Source: Chrysomallon squamiferum (taxonomy: Eukaryota; Animalia; Mollusca). From it: a DNA stretch of 64,000 bases. Below are positions 45,744-64,000 of the stretch, in pieces. The stretch is from NCBI GenBank assembly GCA_012295275.1, contig CM022673.1, forward strand, positions 11,842,001 to 11,906,000, given 5' to 3'. How positions within the stretch are numbered: the first letter of the stretch is position 1; every line of letters starts with the position of its first letter. The position numbers were made by a program, and so were the translations under genes. A model generated the notes under the pieces. It searched no databases and was not told the origin of the DNA. It saw only the letters and a list, made by a program, of their open reading frames with translations.

Positions 45744-46679
45744 CTAAGGTATTATAAGAAAATGGTTCAATTTTACTCCCTCGTAGTCCAGTTGAATCTC
45801 GTCAATATTGATTGATGAGAAATTGTGGTGACAAACTGAATTGTTTTCAATGTAAATAACGAACTCTTTCTTCTGTATTGACAATCTGACACTGGAAATT
45901 ATGGAACATCTGCTTCTAGCTTTCAACTGCTTCCTCCTTTCATAAAAATCCAAGCACGATATCTGGAAAGTACATGTTGACGAAAACACGAATTTAATGT
46001 GAAGGTAAAAAATAGTTGTGCTTTCCGTCTTCAGTGTGATGGACAGCCCTTTAGCTGGCGCTGTGTCGTTAATCTTGAAGGTTATTTTTAGAACGCTGTT
46101 GACAGTCAGATGACATTCAAGCTTCCTGCTCCACAGTTTTTGTAAATTTTTAAACTCACTTCTGAAACACCACGTGCTCAGTTCCGTCCACGAGCCGTTC
46201 TTCAGGCAGGTAATGTTGTTTTTCAAGTAACCTTTACAAAACGAGAACGAATTTCTGCACTGGTAGTTTGCCACCGAACCCGGTACGAGAGAACTGTAAA
46301 TCATGTCGGCGTTCTCTATTTTACTCGGCTCGCTACAGTTTACGACAATATCTTCAGGAGGACACTTTTCGAAAACGGAAAAACTCATTTCAGATTGCAG
46401 AACGTCTTGAGAAGTTTTCTTTTGATAACAGATGGCGTCTTTCGGTTCTTCGAACGAGTCGTCAGTTGTTACTATGCGACATGTTTTTCTGCCCTTGTGA
46501 AAATAAACTCGTCTGCACTCAGCATTTGCTGCACACTCCGAGGCGCAAGAAACTGAAGAAAATCTCGAACCATCAGCCAAATTTCGTTGGTTTGTTTCTT
46601 TCGATGCCACAAGAAAAAACCCTGTCATTTGATTAAGTACACATATCAGTAAGAAAATACTGCAATGAAGAAGAGTCAT
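45744..46679 (-). CDS. Gene D: secreted protein with PAN/apple domain, Sushi (CCP) domain and degenerate galectin-like C-terminal domain, 311 aa, single coding exon
   Basis: Uninterrupted non-repetitive ORF with hydrophobic N-terminus. PAN motif SCASECAANAECRRVYFHKGRKTC; Sushi CSEPSKIENA...PGSVANYQC...ITCLKNGSWTELSTWC; beta-strand-rich tail (LKITFK, LSITL, IFYLHIKF, VRLSIQKKEFVIYIEN, IDEIQL..EGVKL) resembling the galectin strand order. Confidence 0.85.
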   Translation of the reverse strand: MTLLHCSIFLLICVLNQMTGFFLVASKETNQRNLADGSRFSSVSCASECAANAECRRVYFHKGRKTCRIVTTDDSFEEPKDAICYQKKTSQDVLQSEMSFSVFEKCPPEDIVVNCSEPSKIENADMIYSSLVPGSVANYQCRNSFSFCKGYLKNNITCLKNGSWTELSTWCFRSEFKNLQKLWSRKLECHLTVNSVLKITFKINDTAPAKGLSITLKTESTTIFYLHIKFVFSSTCTFQISCLDFYERRKQLKARSRCSIISSVRLSIQKKEFVIYIENNSVCHHNFSSINIDEIQLDYEGVKLNHFLIIP

Positions 46680-46999
46680 TTTTACGATAAACGAATTGTC
46701 TTTAATTTTGAAAACGACTGTGTTGTCAAGACGTGACTGGAAGTATATATCTGGTAGATGTGGATGAATAATGTATTTAATAACCTTTACACTGTCTCAG
46801 ATTTCTTTAAGCCAATTAACAATGCTTCTTTCTAAACTGACGTTAAGATGATACTAATTCCCTATGACGGATACATTTCGTAATTGTTACGGAGAAAGTT
46901 ATTTGTTTTTCTTTTGCAACAGTGTATTTATTATTCATATAACGGTGAAACTGTATCAGCAAAATATCGCAAAACAATCAAAATTTCATTTCCACTATG

Positions 47000-47885
47000 A
47001 AATTACAGTACCTTTCCAATTGTTATTTTGCTCTTCTGAGACACCGAAGTAATTATTTATATTGATCATCAATATTGTGTTACAGCTCACTGTAAAATAT
47101 CTGTTATTAAATACTTTTTCTTTCTATGTTTTTCCTTTTTTAAATCTGGGAATATTTCAGATATTAATTATAAACGCAGTCCCTGAAATCCACATTTCTA
47201 TGTCAATTCTTTTTTCTTTTTCGTCCTTTATATATATATATTCTATTAGTTTTAAAAATTTAATAAAAAGAACTGGTTGATATCATAGAAGCAAAATTCC
47301 ATCAAACCTCAAGACGTCTTTCGAAGCTTGTTATTCTGCATATTTCCGAAGCAGTATAACAATTGGATGGGTAAAATTTTTCGACAGCCTAATAAATTAA
47401 TGATATTATTAGATTCTTACTAAATCACTGTTCTTACAAAATATAATTATTTTTTCAACAGGAAGATCAACAAAATCAGACTGATGAAATGAAATGAATG
47501 AATGAATAATATATATAATTAATAAATATATATGTAATCAGACCCATGAAGAAAAAATTAACATCATAGAAATTAAGAAACTCCAGTTGTCTCTTTTAAT
47601 TATTTTTTCGACAGGAAGACCAACAAAATCAGACTCATGCAATGAAATGAATGAATGAATAATATATATAATTAATAAATCACTGAATAAAAAAAGAATT
47701 AGGAACCGAAGCTGAAAAAAGGAAATATTTTTTAAATGAAGAAAGGTAGGTAAGTAGTGAGGACCTAATCTTTTTTCCTTTTTTTTCTTGTTTCTGGAGT
47801 TTTGTCCCCTTGGCTGTGACCAATGACATTAGCATTCAAATTCTATAGAAATCCGTAAATTTAGAGAAAAAAATGAAGAAGTGAG
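47000..47885 (+). repeat. Copy 1 of a ~0.75-0.9 kb direct duplication (copy 2 at ~63265-64000)
   Basis: Co-linear matches such as CCAATTGTTATTTTGCTCTTCTGAGACACCGAAGTAATTATTTATATTGATCAT and AAATGAAGAAAGGTAGGTAAGTAGTGAGGACCTAATC. This copy has an extra internal duplication (~47455-47530 / ~47607-47680). Confidence 0.9.
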
Positions 47886-48333
47886 AAAAAGCTATGAAAC
47901 AAAAAGTATGATGATGATGAAAATGACAATAATGATAGTAGTAGTAATAATAAAATAAATCAATAAATCAATAAATAAAGAAACAAACAAACAAAAAAAT
48001 TCCATAAATAAATTATTAAAAAAACGTAACTACTGAGAGAAAAGAAAGTAGAAACAAACAGATAGACAGACAAACAAACAAACATCCCTCAAACTGAAAA
48101 GGTTTACGTAATTTCACGATTATGATTCTTTATGATTAATTAATTAGAGCACGTTAGATTTTATTGAATTTTTATTTTATTTTTGACAAAAACATCTGCA
48201 ACAGTCAGACATTTTGGAGTCATTTCCCGAATTTATCAGTGTGAAATAACAAATTAATCAGTCATATTTTACTGAATGGCGTTTCTTCTAATACTGGATA
48301 ATATTTTCGAAAAGAATACGCGCAATAATGAGA

Positions 48334-48396
<63 letters not shown>

Positions 48397-50172
48397 ATTA
48401 ATAAATTAATTAATAAATCAGTAAATAATAATTAGGAACGAAAACAATAAAAAGTCAAATAAAATTACGAATGATGAAGATAATTCTTCAGACTCTAATA
48501 TCTTATATATTTCTGTTTTATGAATTTAAGAATTACATTTTTTTTATTCTTTCTTTTTGTTTTATATTTAAATTTCTTTTCTTATGAAAGATAATTACCG
48601 TTTCCATTTTCCAAAAGACAGGATCAAATTCGGGCTACTCAGAATATTAAGTTAAAACAAAAACAACAATAACAACAACAAAATAAATTAATGAATAAAT
48701 AAAAATAATAGTAATAAAAATTATTAAAAAAAATCTATTAATAAAAATTATACAGTAAATTAAAGGGAAGATAACTTTATTGGACTTATTTTATTTCATT
48801 GTCTTTCTTGCAAAAATGCAATCATTCTTTGGCAATCACTCATTTAATTGTATCGAAGTGATTGGACGGAGTATCTCTGCCAGATTATGTTAGTTTAGTT
48901 TACTGCACGTTTCCAGTATGTAAAGACGTAATGCAGCTGTAACAGAAAACAACACTGACAAAAATATTTAACCCTGGAAAAATCCGTTACAAATAATAAT
49001 TCAGTTCAAAACAAAACCTCATGCTCGTGTCAGGATGTACAGAGTTATCTCACATTACGTGAACTGATTCTATTTAAAGCATTGGTTTACAAGATGAAGG
49101 ATTGTACGCATATGCATCACCATAGTGACGTACATAGAATAACAGCAGCGGGCAAGCGCAAATAGGAACAAGCAAAGAAAAACAAAAAGGTTTTGCAAAA
49201 TAACAACAGAATATGTTTTCATCTGAATGTATCTTTAATTCAGAACTGACGTCATCATGAGATACACACAGATTTTTTTAACACAACTTTTTAAAAATAA
49301 TGTTTTTATAATTTCAGTTATGTAAATAATAACAATAGTATTTACTGCCGGTCTCAATACTTTTAAACCTTATAGAATTTCGTATTTACTACTTTATATT
49401 TATTTATTTATTTTTGTTTCCTTTAAAACCGTAACTTAGTTCTCGAAAATTGTACATTTGATTATTTATCTATTTAATTATTTTATTTTGCAAAATAATT
49501 ATTGATTAATTAATTTATTTTTCGAAATTCTGCGATATTAGGATTTTCCTGATAAAATGTTTTTCTTCGTAAATTTTCATTAATGCCTATGTATTCTATT
49601 ACATTATTATTCGATTTTCTATTGTTTGACATTTAATTAATTAGTTGTGTTCGTTTCTTTCTTCACAGCAAACATATTTCGTAAATAACAAAATATTTCC
49701 AACATATATATATATATAAAAAAAGCGAAAAGACCAGTTATTTTATAGTTATCACACAAACACTCTTTTTTGATAGTAATAAACTGTTTTAACTTTTCCA
49801 TCAATTATTTAATGCTGCATTGACACTTTCAACCTTTTAACATTTAATATAATTTTATCACGAAAAACAGAAGTACCCCTGAAGACAGTTTACGCCGAAA
49901 TCTATTTAAATAGACAAAACTTTAAGAGAAAGTAATGTTAAGTATCCATAGAGTTTTTCCAAACGACGCAATACATATTTTTTTACCAAGACGTGGATCA
50001 TTAGGAGATTTAAATGTCGAAAGGGTCAGCGCAGTTATCATTATAATAAAAATAAAGGAAACATAGTTATGATGTACTCCTTCGTCTTTCATTCATTGGT
50101 GGATAGTTAGTGAAGCGCAGGTTCAAACAGTTTATTTCAGAAAATGTGTTTTCTTTTACGTCCGCGATTCTT

Positions 50173-50297
50173 TTAGTTCAGTATCAGATACGGAAGAGTA
50201 GCTAACAAGCATGTCGTAGTTGACAGGAATATCGTATTCCCTGGAAAAAAAAATCAGAGTTCAGTTTCGTTGGAAATTGATATTTTTGAGATATATC

Positions 50298-50392
<95 letters not shown>

Positions 50393-50568
50393 TAACAATA
50401 ATAATGATAAAAATAATAATAAAATAATAAAAATAAATAAATAAATAAAAATAGATACATACACAAACAAACATACATAAAAATAAAATGTAACTTACCT
50501 GAACTCTCTTGGTTGGCATCTGGAAACAAAATCATAGAAAAGATTAAAGATTTGTACACAGTTTGGAA

Positions 50569-50608
<40 letters not shown>

Positions 50609-50797
50609 CATACCCCCCCCAAAAAAATATGCACATATATTAAGAAAGGGCAGACAGACCGAGACATAAATATACGTGTAAGTACGAACGCACACACATA
50701 CACACACGCACACTGAGATATAAATATAGATACTGGACAGAGAGAAACAAAATATGGTCCGAAACATAATTAAATATTTATATATATATATAGACAA

Positions 50798-50894
<97 letters not shown>

Positions 50895-50960
50895 ACTGAC
50901 TGTCCCAAACAAGTCTGTCCTTTCCCAAACAAGTCTGTCCTTTCTTAAAACATTTGTATT

Positions 50961-50992
<32 letters not shown>

Positions 50993-51412
50993 GATAGATA
51001 TATAATGGTCTCCTGCAGATATATATTATATTTTCTTTGTCGACAGTCTACTTAATTTTGGCTACAAATTACACCATCAACAAAGAATGTCTAAAAGTTT
51101 CCTATTAATTGATGAAAACTATACTTACCAGCCAATAAAAGGTTTACCAATAGCACATTTTTCATTTCAGATACCACGGGATGTATATTTTAAGAAAGGA
51201 CAGACATGGGTGTGCGTATGTGTGAATGTGAGCGTGCGTGCGTGCGTGTGTTTGGGACAGTCAGTGTTTACAGGTGTACCAAATAAATGTTATACTACTA
51301 TACGAAGCTCATATCTGACCTGAATATTCCTTTAAGGAAATAGCGACAAAGAAATAGCTACAATGAAAATATTACCTGTAGTAGTACCCGCTGAAAAAAC
51401 AACAACAACAAC

Positions 51413-51484
<72 letters not shown>

Positions 51485-52849
51485 TAAATAATAATAATAA
51501 TAATATGTACGACGATAAGAAGAAAAAACATTTGGATTAAAAACTGAAGAGTAACGATAAAGATGATGATTATAAAGAATACGGCATATTTGTTTGTTCT
51601 ATATTAAAAAATAATTTAAAAATTAATTTAAGAATTGGTTTGTTTAATATTAATACATTAATTTTGGAATTGGTTTGTTTAATATTAATTGATTAATTTA
51701 AAAACTAGTTTTTGTTTAATATTAATAAATTAATTTTAAAATGTTTATTTTCGTTAATACTGTTTTCAGTGACAATGTTGCTGAAATCCACATGAAAACA
51801 AAATTGTTTTGATAGAACTGTATTTGTACTTACCTTCAACAACAGCTGCAGAAAATAGTACAATGCCTGAAAATAAAAACATAAGCGATGAACTTAGGTA
51901 TATGCTTTAGCAAATTAATTAATTCGATACTTAGTCTTGTTAGCGGCATCTGACGGGTTTGTGAGGTCGTGATTGGACTTTGACCCCCTGCGCCAGTGCG
52001 TTCCCGAATATTGTCTGTGTGCAGAGTCTATTCGGACGTACATAAGACAGAGAATATTCAAAATCCTAAAACTACATACATACACACATATATATTAAAA
52101 TAAAAATGAAATAGCAAGACAATCAGGTTTCCAGTTAAATGTCCAAAATGTTGAACTGTTCATAAAAATTAATAGAAAATGAATTAGGAAAAGAATAAAA
52201 AATAAAAAAGCAAATAAAATTAAATTAAATTAAATTAAAAAAAAAACCCAATAATTCTTCCATAATTTTTGGAATCAAAATGCTTCTTTCATGCTTTAGT
52301 CTTTAGCGGGTACGATATGGTTTAAAACATTCAGAGAAAATTACATCTATATTCTTTGGTTATCATACATAACTATTCCTACATACACTTTAATATTGTT
52401 CCCGAATATTGTCTGTGTGAGTCTATTCGGACGTACATAAGAGAGAGAATATTCAAAATCCTAAAACTACATACATACATACATATATATTTTTATAAAA
52501 AAAAAAAAAAAAAAAAAAAAATGAATTAAGAAAAGAATAATAAAAAAAATAAAATAAAATAAAAATAAATAAAATAAAATATAATAAATTTTATAAAAAA
52601 TCAAACATTCTTCCATAATTTTCGGAAACAAAATGCTTCTTTCGTGCTTTAGTCTTTAGCGGATCCGATATGGTTTAAAACATTCAGAAAAAATGACAGC
52701 TATATTCTTTGGTTATCATACATAACTATTCCTGCATACACTTTAATTTTATTATTATTATTAATTTATCTATTTATTTATTAGTTTATTAAATCAGATA
52801 TAAAACAATACTTACAGGCAAGAAAAACAATTACAATAGCTGTTTTCAT
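50173..52849 (-). CDS. Gene E: 56-aa precursor of a tiny GPI-anchored peptide, 5 coding exons including 15- and 21-nt microexons
   Basis: Minus-strand exons 52849-52816, 51866-51834, 51390-51376, 50519-50499 and 50240-50173, all phase 1 with CAG acceptors and GTAAG/GTAAT donors. They give MKTAIVIVFLACIVLFSAAVVEA-GTTTDANQESSG-NTIFLSTTTCLLATLPYLILN*. The ATG is in a good Kozak context (GCCATCATG). Confidence 0.75.
52000..52748. repeat. Tandem duplication of ~350-400 bp inside intron 1 of gene E
   Basis: GTTCCCGAATATTGTCTGTGT starts at ~52000 and ~52398; both copies end ...CATAACTATTCCT(A/G)CATACACTTTAAT. Confidence 0.9.
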
Positions 52850-54329
52850 GATGGCGTTTTAGACGGTTTCAAAAACTTTACTGGTTTAAATCCTGCCAAG
52901 TTCTGTGTGACACTGAGATAGCTTGGCTCGCCTACTAACATTTATTTCAGCGGGTTGCTATGATAAACAGAAAAATCAAATTAAGCGCACAATGAAACCA
53001 TACTGAAATTACATCTTTTAAAAGGTATCGTGATAAGAAATCACGACATTAATAATCAGGGTTAAAAAAATAATAATAAAAAAATAAAAATAAAACTCAC
53101 ACAACAATAAAGAGCTTCCTTTGTATTGTCATCTGTCTGATACCGAATGTCATTAATTATATTATAATCAAAATTTGCTTTATTATCTCTTGGAGATGGA
53201 TACCCCACCCCTAACTTCAAGGAATTATCAGATAAAGCTAGACAAAGGTGGTGGGTTTGTACAAGCGTGTTCTCGAACTGTGTCGACTGTGACGAACAAT
53301 ACCGTTTCGTTTTGTTGCTGTTTTATATTTTATATTTGGTGAATATCAGACATAAAACACTGACGTATTTCATCGAGTTGTCAGTAACTGTACAAAAATC
53401 TCTTTTGTGGTAAAACAGTTACATTCAGAACGTTTTTAAAATCTTATTTGTGTACAGTTAATTGGGTAATCGAAGATCAATGTTAAAACACGATTAAATA
53501 AGCTTGTGGCACGATGATTAAATTTAGTAACTTTTGTATACTTCTTTTTTTTAATGAAAGAAAGACAGAAATAATACATCAGTAAAAGGTTATTAATAAA
53601 TATATATTTTTGAACTAATTATTATATTAATTAATTAATTAGATAATTTTTGAAAAATGCTACTCTGTGATATCCTTACCAGTTACCGATAATCATGAAT
53701 TTAAATAACAAACGAGTCATTGTTAAAATAAGTTGTCGGCAATAGCTAGAACGGGATAGAGTGAAAATACTAATCGCCAAACTATAGCTACAACATTAAA
53801 GACATTTATTTGTAAGGAAGTTTGCAGAACGTTTATAAAGTATAGTCAGGTGATGTACATATGAAATGAAAATTGAGGGTAATATTAATTAATTGTATTA
53901 ACTGAAATTTTTTAGTGAATATTTCAATTAACAAAAAACGCTAATTAAATTTTATATTAAGAAAGAAGAAAACAAAAGCTAATATTTTTATTACCAGAAA
54001 ATATCAGTTAATATTTATATTAATTGTTTTGAATTTCAGTGTTTCTTAAAAAAAAAAAAAAAAAAAAAAAGAATAAATAAATAAACATAAGCAGTTAGTG
54101 ATTATTTTATATACAAGTAAACATACGAATGTCTGAACACCGTTTAACTGAAAGCTGTTGAAGTAAACTGTATATTACATGCAAAAGGTTTTGTATTTGG
54201 ACGGCACATAATCTTAAACACAGAACTTTTAACTGTAATGTCTTTTACTAATTTGCATAATTAAATTTATTTAGTTATTCGTAATTAACTATTAGAAGTA
54301 TATGCTGTCAGATTTAACAGTATTCTTTA

Positions 54330-54590
54330 AGAGAGTGGGGCGTATTTTAATGAGACAATCCGTAGATCGATTCCGCTTGACGGAGGAATGATTCACAAAA
54401 GTTATAACAAATGCCTTGGTATGTACTATCCTGTTTGTGGGAAATTACGTATAAAATCTTCATTTATGATAATCAGAATAACCATGAAATGGCGGCAGCG
54501 GGTTTCCTCTCTCTCTCTGTGTGTGAGTTATCCAGAATCACACGTCCGACGTTGTTTTGAGTGCATCTTTAAATACAGTTTCCTTTATTC
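54330..54590 (+). mobile_element. Probable SINE-type interspersed repeat remnant
   Basis: GGTATGTACTATCCTGTTTGTGGG...GGCGGCAGCGGGTTTCCTCTCTC...GTCCGACG...TTGAGTGCATC..TAAATA resembles, from recall, an abundant gastropod repeat family. Unverified. Confidence 0.45.
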
Positions 54591-54695
54591 TTCTAGAACA
54601 GTAAAAATTGATTTGAGTGAAATCCTACAGTGATCATACTTTCACAACAGAAATTAACACGTTGGGTTTTTTAATATTTTTTTTTAAAGATTAGG

Positions 54696-54788
<93 letters not shown>

Positions 54789-55335
54789 GGTTGTCGGGAA
54801 CTTTGGAAAATGCACTTGTGGATAAACACATCGTTTATGGTGTTATTATTCTTATTGCACGCATGTGCGTAGTATGTAGGTGTGTGAGTATATTTTTACA
54901 TTCAGGCTCAGATTCCACATTCATATATCGATGTATAACAGTTAATTTTTTTTTATTGTGGTTAATTATAACTCTTTCGAATCCAGAGTACTCTAAACGG
55001 TTACTTAAAACTACAAAAACTAAATAAATTATAATGTTAGACTTATTCGCTCCAGCGATAAACTGGTGGAGATAATTGCTACTTTTGAGATCACTGAAGC
55101 AGTTCTATTACTCTTTTGCTGCTGTCAAGACAGTGGGGTGTAATTCAGTGAGCAACTAATTCAGTGGTGACGAGTCGAATGATAGTTTCGTATTGTTACG
55201 ACTACAACAACGGCGTGTACCAGTCCAGTGAGCCATGCCTGACTTGTTTATTCCCAGATAAATGTAATTATTACTGAGGTCTTATAACAGTTAATGATAA
55301 TAATAATGATGATGATGATGATGATGATAATGACG

Positions 55336-55412
<77 letters not shown>

Positions 55413-55527
55413 AATATGAAAAACATGAACAACAATAATAATGAACACACTCACAATACTTTTTAACTTTTACACGGTTGGTTGCCTAGTAATTGCGCTT
55501 TTTCCGTCAACGCTATATTTTTCGATG

Positions 55528-55599
<72 letters not shown>

Positions 55600-56217
55600 T
55601 TATTTCTATTATTATTAATATTACTATTATTACATTTTTATCTACTTTGATAATAAAAACTGGACGGCAAAATACAATAAAATATAACTTGGAAGTAAGC
55701 AGAATACATTTAGATTGTTTCTTCCTTAATTACCGAAGCTGCACTTTAAGAGTCCGCTTTGTCAAAAATCGTGTTTAAACGCCACTTAAAATAAAACACG
55801 AATAATTTATTTTGGGTGTCTTACATTTGTGTTCAACGTTTTATTTTATTTTATTTTTTGTTTTAAAAACCTGTGTAAAGGCACCCTCTGAACAATATGC
55901 TCGGATTTCAGACTGTTATTAATCTAAGCCGAATTTCAAACTGACGGACCATGACATTTTCTTTAGATGTCACAGCTATGTGCTGAAGATCTCCCGGGGT
56001 TTCTAAAGAAGAAGAAACAAACCCCTGGGAAAGACCGCAGCAGTGCAATCAATGCCTCTGTAATACAAGAATATAACTGATACGTTCCGATAGTCTTATT
56101 TTCTATTGCTTAGATTAGTTTCTGCTCTTTGGGAGATTCGCAAGAAATTATGATTGATGTTTCGTAAGCCAACGACTGTATTATGAACAAGTATAATAAT
56201 AATAATAATAATAATAA

Positions 56218-56248
<31 letters not shown>

Positions 56249-56287
56249 AAGAAGAAGAAGAAGAATGATATCAAAGAAAAAAAAAAC

Positions 56288-58582
<2,295 letters not shown>

Positions 58583-58981
58583 AGTATGTTTCACTAATAA
58601 CTTTTAAATCTTTTTTCCCCATCTGTTTTGTTTCGTTCAAGAATTCTTGTTTTCATTATAACCTGGTAACCGAAATAAAATGCAAACACGTATAATATTA
58701 GGGAATATCTGTTTTTTTAATTTCTTTTTTTCTTTTTCATGTACATAAATATCAATTGTCAATCAGACAGTGTTAAAGACCAGTTCAATCGGGACATCAT
58801 TATTCTTCGTTCCCGAATGCCGTGTCCAAACATTACAAAATAGGATAATTGTCGGATTTTGTATTTGTTTGTTATTCTTAACGACAAACTTAATTATGGA
58901 GGAAGATGCTTTGTAAAAAAAACTGGAATATGTTTTGCTGTTATCTTATGCAGAATTATTGGTGCATATCAGTGTTTTCGG

Positions 58982-61242
<2,261 letters not shown>

Positions 61243-61482
61243 ATCATCATTATTATTATTATTATTATCATCAATAATCATCATCATCATCATTATTATT
61301 ATTATTAGTCCTTGCACAACTCTGTCACCAATGGACCAAAGAATGTGCTATTTTTTTGTTTGTTGTTAACGAGAAAATTAATTATCGAGGAAGATGCTTT
61401 GTAAAAGAAACTGGAATATGTTTTGCTGTTCTGTTATATATAATCACTGGTGCATATTCATCCAGATTTCATTAGAAACTTC

Positions 61483-61552
<70 letters not shown>

Positions 61553-61626
61553 GAAGAAGAAGAAGAAGAAGACTCTCTCTCTCTCTCAACAAGAATTCCA
61601 TAAAAATTAAACTTACGTTTACTGAA

Positions 61627-61687
<61 letters not shown>

Positions 61688-63264
61688 AACAAGAATACAA
61701 ATAAAAAACTAATATTTAAATGGACTAACAAACAAATAAATATCAAAGAAAACAAAATTAAACGAATAAATACATATAAAAAAGCATTAACATATAAACA
61801 TTCTGAATCAACTGAAACAAAAATAACAAAGGATCTGGCGTGAACGAATTTTTATTCAATGAAATGACAATGAGATAGTTCAACATTATTAAATCCATAA
61901 TAATCAGTCAGTTCAATACTTATTAATAATCATGACTCCATAGCGATTACGTTTATTTCATTAACAAGAAGAACTCAGCAAATAAATTAAAAGTAAATTT
62001 ATGTCATTATCGTATTTTTAATTCAAAACAATCAACGTAATAGAAAAATCCGTTTCTGTGTAGTACTTTTTTGAAAATAATTTATTAATTAAAAAATTAA
62101 ATTTATAAATTTCAAACTGAGTCTTCAAGTTACATTACAGTTAACTGTATAGATAAAATGAAGATTAAAGTTAATAGAACATTTTTTTAAATTCTTCTCA
62201 AACTGTTTTCAATTACATAGCAAATACATGCATTACAAACTGAACCTTGATATTAATTTACAAATAACAATTTAGTGAAAGAGTAATGTTTTTTTCTGAC
62301 ATTTAAAATCATTATCAATAAATCGCCCCAGTCTTTGGATTCATTTGCTGTACCAAGACTACGCTAATACGCGCGTGCGCGTGTGTGTGTGTGATTGTGT
62401 ACGACAGTGTGTAATAATTTAAAGTGCATATGAAAGGTTACATCATTAATTAAGATCGAAGTGAAAGTAAAAGTGATATGTAAATTTACTGATTTTATGT
62501 CATAGCTACAGTATTTTAATAAATCATATAATTCATTGTAAAATATGTTTCATCTCCTCTTTTAAAATCTTCTATTTCAATATAGTCATCAGCGACTTTT
62601 ATTCTTGACAAGAGATAAATTTATTAATGTTACCACATTTTATTTTCAGGTCAGAAGTATTCCCTCAGATTGATACAAATATCGTTAAGAAATGGTTACG
62701 TACGTGTATTTGGTTTCTGGCGTAGAAAGGTTCGTATTTACGTGAGCAGTTTCGCAGTCGCAGGTGACCGTTTTAGCTTGAGGAAAGGTAGGAAAGATGT
62801 CATTGGCCATTAATTTACGAATCAGAATCTTTACAAGTAAAAAGGAAGTCCTGTTTATATCTAATAAATCAAGTTCACGACGAATCGGTCATAAAGATAA
62901 CACGAGATATAATCATTCTCTACTTTTCATTTTGAAAATATTGTAATAAATAAAACTTACGACAGTCTGTTGACCCTAAATTATTAATGACAGATTTTGC
63001 TTCTGTTGCTACGTCACTTATCTTAACAACGCAAACGTCATCTGTTTGTGCGAGAACACGTCACAAAATTCGTAGCAGGACTTCGGTGGGAAATAAATTA
63101 TTAAACTGTCAATTTTGCATAATATTCTGTACAGTTTAAAAAACAAACAGTAATGGTGTTAGTAGTAGCAGTAACAGTATTAGTGGTTCCTTGAAAATAA
63201 TGTATTTGGATGCAGTAGAATGTTTATTGTCGTTCAGGGCTTTACGAACTGCGTACATTTTGGC

Positions 63265-64000
63265 AATTACTGTACCTTACCAATTGTTATTTTGCTCTTC
63301 TGAGACACCGAAGTAATTATTTATATTGATCATGAATATAATGTTACAGCTCATTGTAAAATATCGGATATTATATACTTTTTGTTTCCATGTTTTTCCT
63401 TTTTTAAATCTGGGATTATTTCAGATATTAATTATAAACGCATCCCTGAAATCCACATTTTTATGTCCATTCTTTTTTCTGTTTCGTTTATTTTTAAATA
63501 AATAAATAAATATATATATATATATTCTATTAGTTTTAAAAGTTTAATAAAAATAACTGGTAGTATCATACAAGCAAGAAGCCACCAAACCTCAAGACAC
63601 CTTTTGAAACTTCTTATTCTGCATAGGGGTAGGTAAAATTTCTCGACAGCCTAATAAATTAATGATATTATTAGATTCTTACTGAATCGCTGTTCTTGCA
63701 AAATATAATTATGTTTTCGACAGAAAGATCAACAAAATCAGACTCATGAAATGAAATGAATGAATGAATAATAGATATAATTAATAAAACACAGAAGAAA
63801 AGAAGAATTAGGAACCGAAGCTGAAAAAAGAAAATATTTTTTAAATGAAGAAAGGTAGGTAAGTAGTGAGGACCTAATCTTTTTTTTTTATTTTGTTTCT
63901 GGAGTTTTGTCCCCTTGACTGTGACCAATGACATTAGCATTGAAATTCTACGGAAATCCTTAAATTTAGAGATAAAAAAAATGAAAAAGAAAAAAAAAAG
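63265..64000 (+). repeat. Copy 2 of the direct duplication of ~47000-47885
   Basis: Co-linear match running to the window end. Confidence 0.9.

Noticed and set aside
46268-46636. 122-aa plus-strand ORF antisense to gene D
   Set aside because: No ATG start or recognisable motif; it is a shadow of the real minus-strand CDS.
49073-49222. Cys-rich ~49-codon minus-strand open frame as last exon of gene E
   Set aside because: Weak acceptor; the exon at 50240-50173 has a strong acceptor and supplies a proper tail and stop first.
51124-51780. Extra gene E microexons (donor at 51128, acceptor at 51781)
   Set aside because: The donor has no nearby upstream AG giving an open frame; the acceptor would need a 53-nt intron and has no phase-compatible donor.

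Overview
Eukaryotic, AT-rich, microsatellite-dense animal DNA, probably from a gastropod mollusc (inferred from repeat types and gene content). Nearly all short ORFs in the supplied track are microsatellite artefacts. Splicing the sequence by hand gives six genes. (1) A divergent rhodopsin-type GPCR with one frameshift (11815-12722). (2) Gene A (14 coding exons, 454 aa): signal peptide, four 6-Cys modules, Thr-rich stalk, GPI-type tail. (3) Gene B, its paralog (8 exons, 281 aa): three modules, no stalk, GPI-type tail. (4) Gene C (~613 aa): a 17-aa-repeat mucin with a GPI-type tail and two frameshifts. (5) Gene D: an intronless secreted PAN/apple + Sushi + galectin-like protein (311 aa, minus strand). 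(6) Gene E: a 56-aa microexon-built precursor that would mature to a ~10-12-aa GPI-anchored peptide (CD52/CD24-like in design). A, B, C and E share one signal-exon / phase-1 modular ectodomain / GPI-exon plan and look like a cell-surface coat cluster; this is the best candidate for an undescribed system. Other notable structures: a tandem array of 68-nt intron-like units, a decayed hAT transposase, a perfect ERE palindrome, a ~5-kb inverted repeat and several local duplications. All domain calls rest on motif recognition, not database searches.
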